39,907 nucleotides of DNA, from the NCBI GenBank assembly GCA_003525885.1, contig DQIG01000296.1, positions 736-40,642 on the forward strand, read 5' to 3'. Source of the stretch: Stenotrophomonas sp. GTDB lineage: Bacteria; Pseudomonadota; Gammaproteobacteria; Xanthomonadales; Xanthomonadaceae. The notes beneath the pieces were generated by a model, which had not been told where the DNA came from, did no database searches, and saw only the letters and a list, made by a program, of their open reading frames with translations. This document shows positions 37,223 through 39,907 of the stretch, one piece after another; within the stretch, counting starts at the first letter, position 1, and each line of letters begins with the position of its first letter. The translations under genes and the position numbers were made by a program.

Positions 37223-39199
37223 ATGCACGGTCTCAATCCTCCCCAAGCCGCCGCGGTCCTGCACATCGAAGGCCCGTTGCTGGTGCTCGCCGGCGCCGGC
37301 AGCGGCAAGACGCGCGTGATCGTGGAGAAGATCGCCCACCTGATCGGCTGTGGCCGCTACCCGGCCCGCCGCATCGCCGCGATCACCTTCACCAACAAGT
37401 CGGCCAAGGAAATGCGCGAGCGCGTGGCCAAGCGCCTGCGCGAGCAGGACGCCGACGAGGTGACCATCTGCACCTTCCATGCGCTGGGCCTGAAGTTCCT
37501 GCAGATCGAACATGCCGCCGTGGGCCTGAAGCGCGGCTTCTCGATCTTCGATGCCGATGATGCCGCCGCGCAGATCAAGGACCTGATGTACGGCGCCAAG
37601 CCCGATGACATCGAGGACATGAAGAACCTGGTGTCGCGCGCGAAGAATGCCGGGCTGTCGCCCGAGCAGGCGATGGCTGCCGCGCGCAGCAACCGTGAGA
37701 AGGAAGCGGCCAGCGTCTACGAGCGCTACCAGCTGCGGTTGACCGCGTTCAATGCGGTCGACTTCGACGACCTGATCCGTCTGCCGGTGCAGATCCTGGA
37801 AGAGAACCCCGAGATCGCCCTGGCCTGGCGCGAGCGCATCGGCTACCTGCTGGTGGACGAATGCCAGGATACCAACGACGCGCAGTACCGCCTGCTCAAG
37901 CAGCTGGCCGGTGAGAAGGGCAATTTCACCTGCGTCGGCGACGATGACCAGTCGATCTACGCCTGGCGCGGCGCCAACCCGGAAAACCTGCAGCAGATGG
38001 GGCGCGATTACCCCGCGCTGGAGATCATCAAGCTGGAGCAGAACTACCGCTGTTCCAACCGCGTGCTGCGCGCGGCCAATGCGCTGATCGCCAACAATCC
38101 GCACGAGCACCTGAAGAAGCTGTGGAGCGACCAGGCCGACGGCGAGCGGATCCGCGTGTGGGAATGCCGCAACAGCGAGCATGAAGCGGAAAAGGTTGCG
38201 GCCGAGATCGCCTTCGTGGCGCAGTCGCGCAACGTGCCGTGGAGCGATTTCTGCATCCTGTTCCGCGGCAACTTCCAGTCGCGCCCGCTGGAAAAGGCGA
38301 TGCAGCTGCTGCGCATTCCTTACCACCTGACCGGCGGCACGATGTTCCTGGAGCGCCAGGAAGTGAAAGACACGCTGGCGTGGTTGCGGCTGCTGGTGAA
38401 CCCGGACGACGACACCGCGTTCATGCGTGCGGTGCAGTCGCCCAAGCGCGACGTCGGTGCCGGCACGCTGGCCAAGCTGGCCGAACTGGCGCAGGAAAAG
38501 GACATGCCGATGGCGCAGGCCGCCGAGGCGATCGGCGCCCTGCAGCAGTTGCCGCCGCGTGCGGCCAACAGCCTGGCGCGCTTCACCGACATCCTGCGCG
38601 ACCTGCGCGCGCAGACGCGCCAGATCAGTTCCGGCGACATGATCCGGAAGGTGGCCAAGGAATCGGGCCTGCTCAGCGAACTTCGCCAGCAGGCCAAGGA
38701 AGAGGCCAGTTACCAGCGCCGCGCCAACAACATCGAGGAACTGGCGCAGTGGTTCGAGGGTGGCCCGCGCGGTGCCACCGCCGCCGACCTGGCCGGCCAG
38801 CTGGCGCTGCTGTCGCGCAGCGACAAGGACGAGGGCGGCAACCAGGTACGCATGATGACCATGCACGCCTCCAAGGGCCTGGAATTCCCGTACGTGTTCA
38901 TCGTCGGCTGCGAGGACGGCGTGTTGCCGCACCAGGTCAGCCTGGACGAAGGCAACCTGCAGGAAGAACGTCGCCTGCTGTACGTGGGCATCACCCGCGC
39001 CAAGATCCAGCTGTGGATGAGTTACAGCAAGCTGACCCGCAAGTTCGGCGAGCACGTGCGGCTGAAGCCGAGCCGCTTCTTCGAGGAGATTCCGGCCGAG
39101 GAGATCCAGCGCGATGGCGCGGACCCGGTGGCCGATGCAGCGCGCAAGAAGGAGCGCGCCAGCGCGGGGTTGGCTGCGATCGAGGCGCTGTTCGACTGA
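37223..39199 (+). CDS. rep: ATP-dependent DNA helicase Rep (UvrD/Rep family)
   Basis: LAGAGSGKTRVI, TFTNKSAKEM, VDECQDTN, VGDDDQSIY.WRGA, LEQNYR, TMHASKGLEF, EERRLLYVGITRA; 658 aa. Confidence 0.92.
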   Translation: MHGLNPPQAAAVLHIEGPLLVLAGAGSGKTRVIVEKIAHLIGCGRYPARRIAAITFTNKSAKEMRERVAKRLREQDADEVTICTFHALGLKFLQIEHAAVGLKRGFSIFDADDAAAQIKDLMYGAKPDDIEDMKNLVSRAKNAGLSPEQAMAAARSNREKEAASVYERYQLRLTAFNAVDFDDLIRLPVQILEENPEIALAWRERIGYLLVDECQDTNDAQYRLLKQLAGEKGNFTCVGDDDQSIYAWRGANPENLQQMGRDYPALEIIKLEQNYRCSNRVLRAANALIANNPHEHLKKLWSDQADGERIRVWECRNSEHEAEKVAAEIAFVAQSRNVPWSDFCILFRGNFQSRPLEKAMQLLRIPYHLTGGTMFLERQEVKDTLAWLRLLVNPDDDTAFMRAVQSPKRDVGAGTLAKLAELAQEKDMPMAQAAEAIGALQQLPPRAANSLARFTDILRDLRAQTRQISSGDMIRKVAKESGLLSELRQQAKEEASYQRRANNIEELAQWFEGGPRGATAADLAGQLALLSRSDKDEGGNQVRMMTMHASKGLEFPYVFIVGCEDGVLPHQVSLDEGNLQEERRLLYVGITRAKIQLWMSYSKLTRKFGEHVRLKPSRFFEEIPAEEIQRDGADPVADAARKKERASAGLAAIEALFD

Positions 39200-39202
39200 G
39201 CC

Positions 39203-39277
39203 GGGGTCGGATCCCTTTCCGCAGGGAAGGGCTCTGACCCCACGGCCCGGATCAGCCGAGCGTGGGCTCGGCTCTAC
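39203..39277. repeat. GGGGTC palindromic repeat (39203-39241) plus a reverse GTAG REP (39254-39277)
   Basis: ggggtcggatccctttccgcagggaagggctctgacccc; agccgagcgtgggctcggctctac. Confidence 0.8.
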
Positions 39278-39305
39278 AATCGGCCTATCCCCGCAGAGGC
39301 TTGCC

Positions 39306-39830
39306 ATGCATCCCATCCACAGCGAACGCCTGCGCCTGCGCCGCATCGAGCCCGACCGCGACGCGGCGCCGATGCTGGCGCTGCTCAACGATCCCGGTTT
39401 CCTGCGCTTCATCGGCGACCGCGATGTGCGCAGTGAGTCGCAGGCGCGGGAATACATCGCGCTGCGTGTGCTGCACAGCTATGCGTTGAATGGCTTCGGC
39501 ATGTATGCCATCGAGCGCTTGTCCGATGGTGCCTGGCTGGGTAACGCCGGGCTGGTGCGGCGGGATGGCCTGCCGGGGCCGGATATCGGCTATGCGGTGC
39601 TTTCGGAATTTGCCGGGCAGGGCTATGCCGGTGAGGCGGCGCGGGCGGTGTTCGCGCATGCACGCGGAGCGCTGGGCCTGCACGATCTGTATGGCATCAC
39701 CGACCTGGACAACGTGGTGTCCGGAAAGATCCTGCTGGGGCTCGGCATGCAGGAACGCGGGGTGATCCAGCTGCCGGGCGTGGACAGTGCGAGCCGCCTG
39801 TATGCCACGCCGGGGGCGGCGCAGGTCTGA
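39306..39830 (+). CDS. GNAT (RimJ/RimL-like) N-acetyltransferase
   Basis: SERLRLR, DIGYA....AGQGYA.EAA, N..S.KIL..LGM. Confidence 0.9.
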   Translation: MHPIHSERLRLRRIEPDRDAAPMLALLNDPGFLRFIGDRDVRSESQAREYIALRVLHSYALNGFGMYAIERLSDGAWLGNAGLVRRDGLPGPDIGYAVLSEFAGQGYAGEAARAVFAHARGALGLHDLYGITDLDNVVSGKILLGLGMQERGVIQLPGVDSASRLYATPGAAQV

Positions 39831-39841
39831 TCCCTGATGAT

Positions 39842-39907
39842 GGTAGGTGCCGACCGTTGGTCGGCACCGCCGGTTGCTAGGGCAACACCCGTAGATCCAC
39901 GCCATGC
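39842..39907 (+). repeat. GTAG REP elements (the second is cut by the window edge)
   Basis: ggtaggtgccgaccgttggtcggcac and gtagatccacgccatgc. Confidence 0.8.

Noticed and set aside
36545..39457. 970-aa minus-strand ORF ending in an ABC ATPase
   Set aside because: The first 778 codons are the antisense shadow of rep and the GNAT gene; only 36545-37123 has an RBS and ABC motifs
37223..39830. Helicase plus GNAT as an anti-phage or toxin-antitoxin system
   Set aside because: The helicase is a canonical housekeeping Rep and the GNAT is RimJ/RimL-like with no adjacent antitoxin or nuclease

Overview
High-GC (roughly two-thirds, by eye) chromosomal window of a Xanthomonadaceae bacterium, almost certainly the Stenotrophomonas maltophilia complex, judged from gene content and abundant GTAG-headed REP elements. 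The backbone is the methionine/SAM-cycle region (metF, ahcY with an SAH riboswitch, metK) plus ppc, dusB, ribokinase/CNT transporter, a Fur-boxed hemin-uptake operon (hemP, TonB-dependent receptor, two accessory genes), ybbP/ybbA and rep helicase. Most notable: (1) an orphan type IV secretion (XVIPCD) antibacterial effector with a divergent lysozyme-like domain and an upstream LprI-type immunity lipoprotein, bracketed by a 27-bp exact direct repeat; (2) an OlsF-like acyltransferase plus PlcP-like phosphoesterase operon with a candidate Pho-box array, suggesting phosphate-starvation lipid remodelling; (3) a ybbA ABC ATPase whose N-terminus and Walker A motif are replaced by a foreign start, marking a deletion, rearrangement or assembly junction near 37,090; (4) a shared operator-like motif at metF and metK; (5) five genes with a leaderless-mRNA architecture. 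No rRNA, tRNA, CRISPR array, integrase or transposase was seen. Family assignments come from motif recognition by eye, not from database searches.
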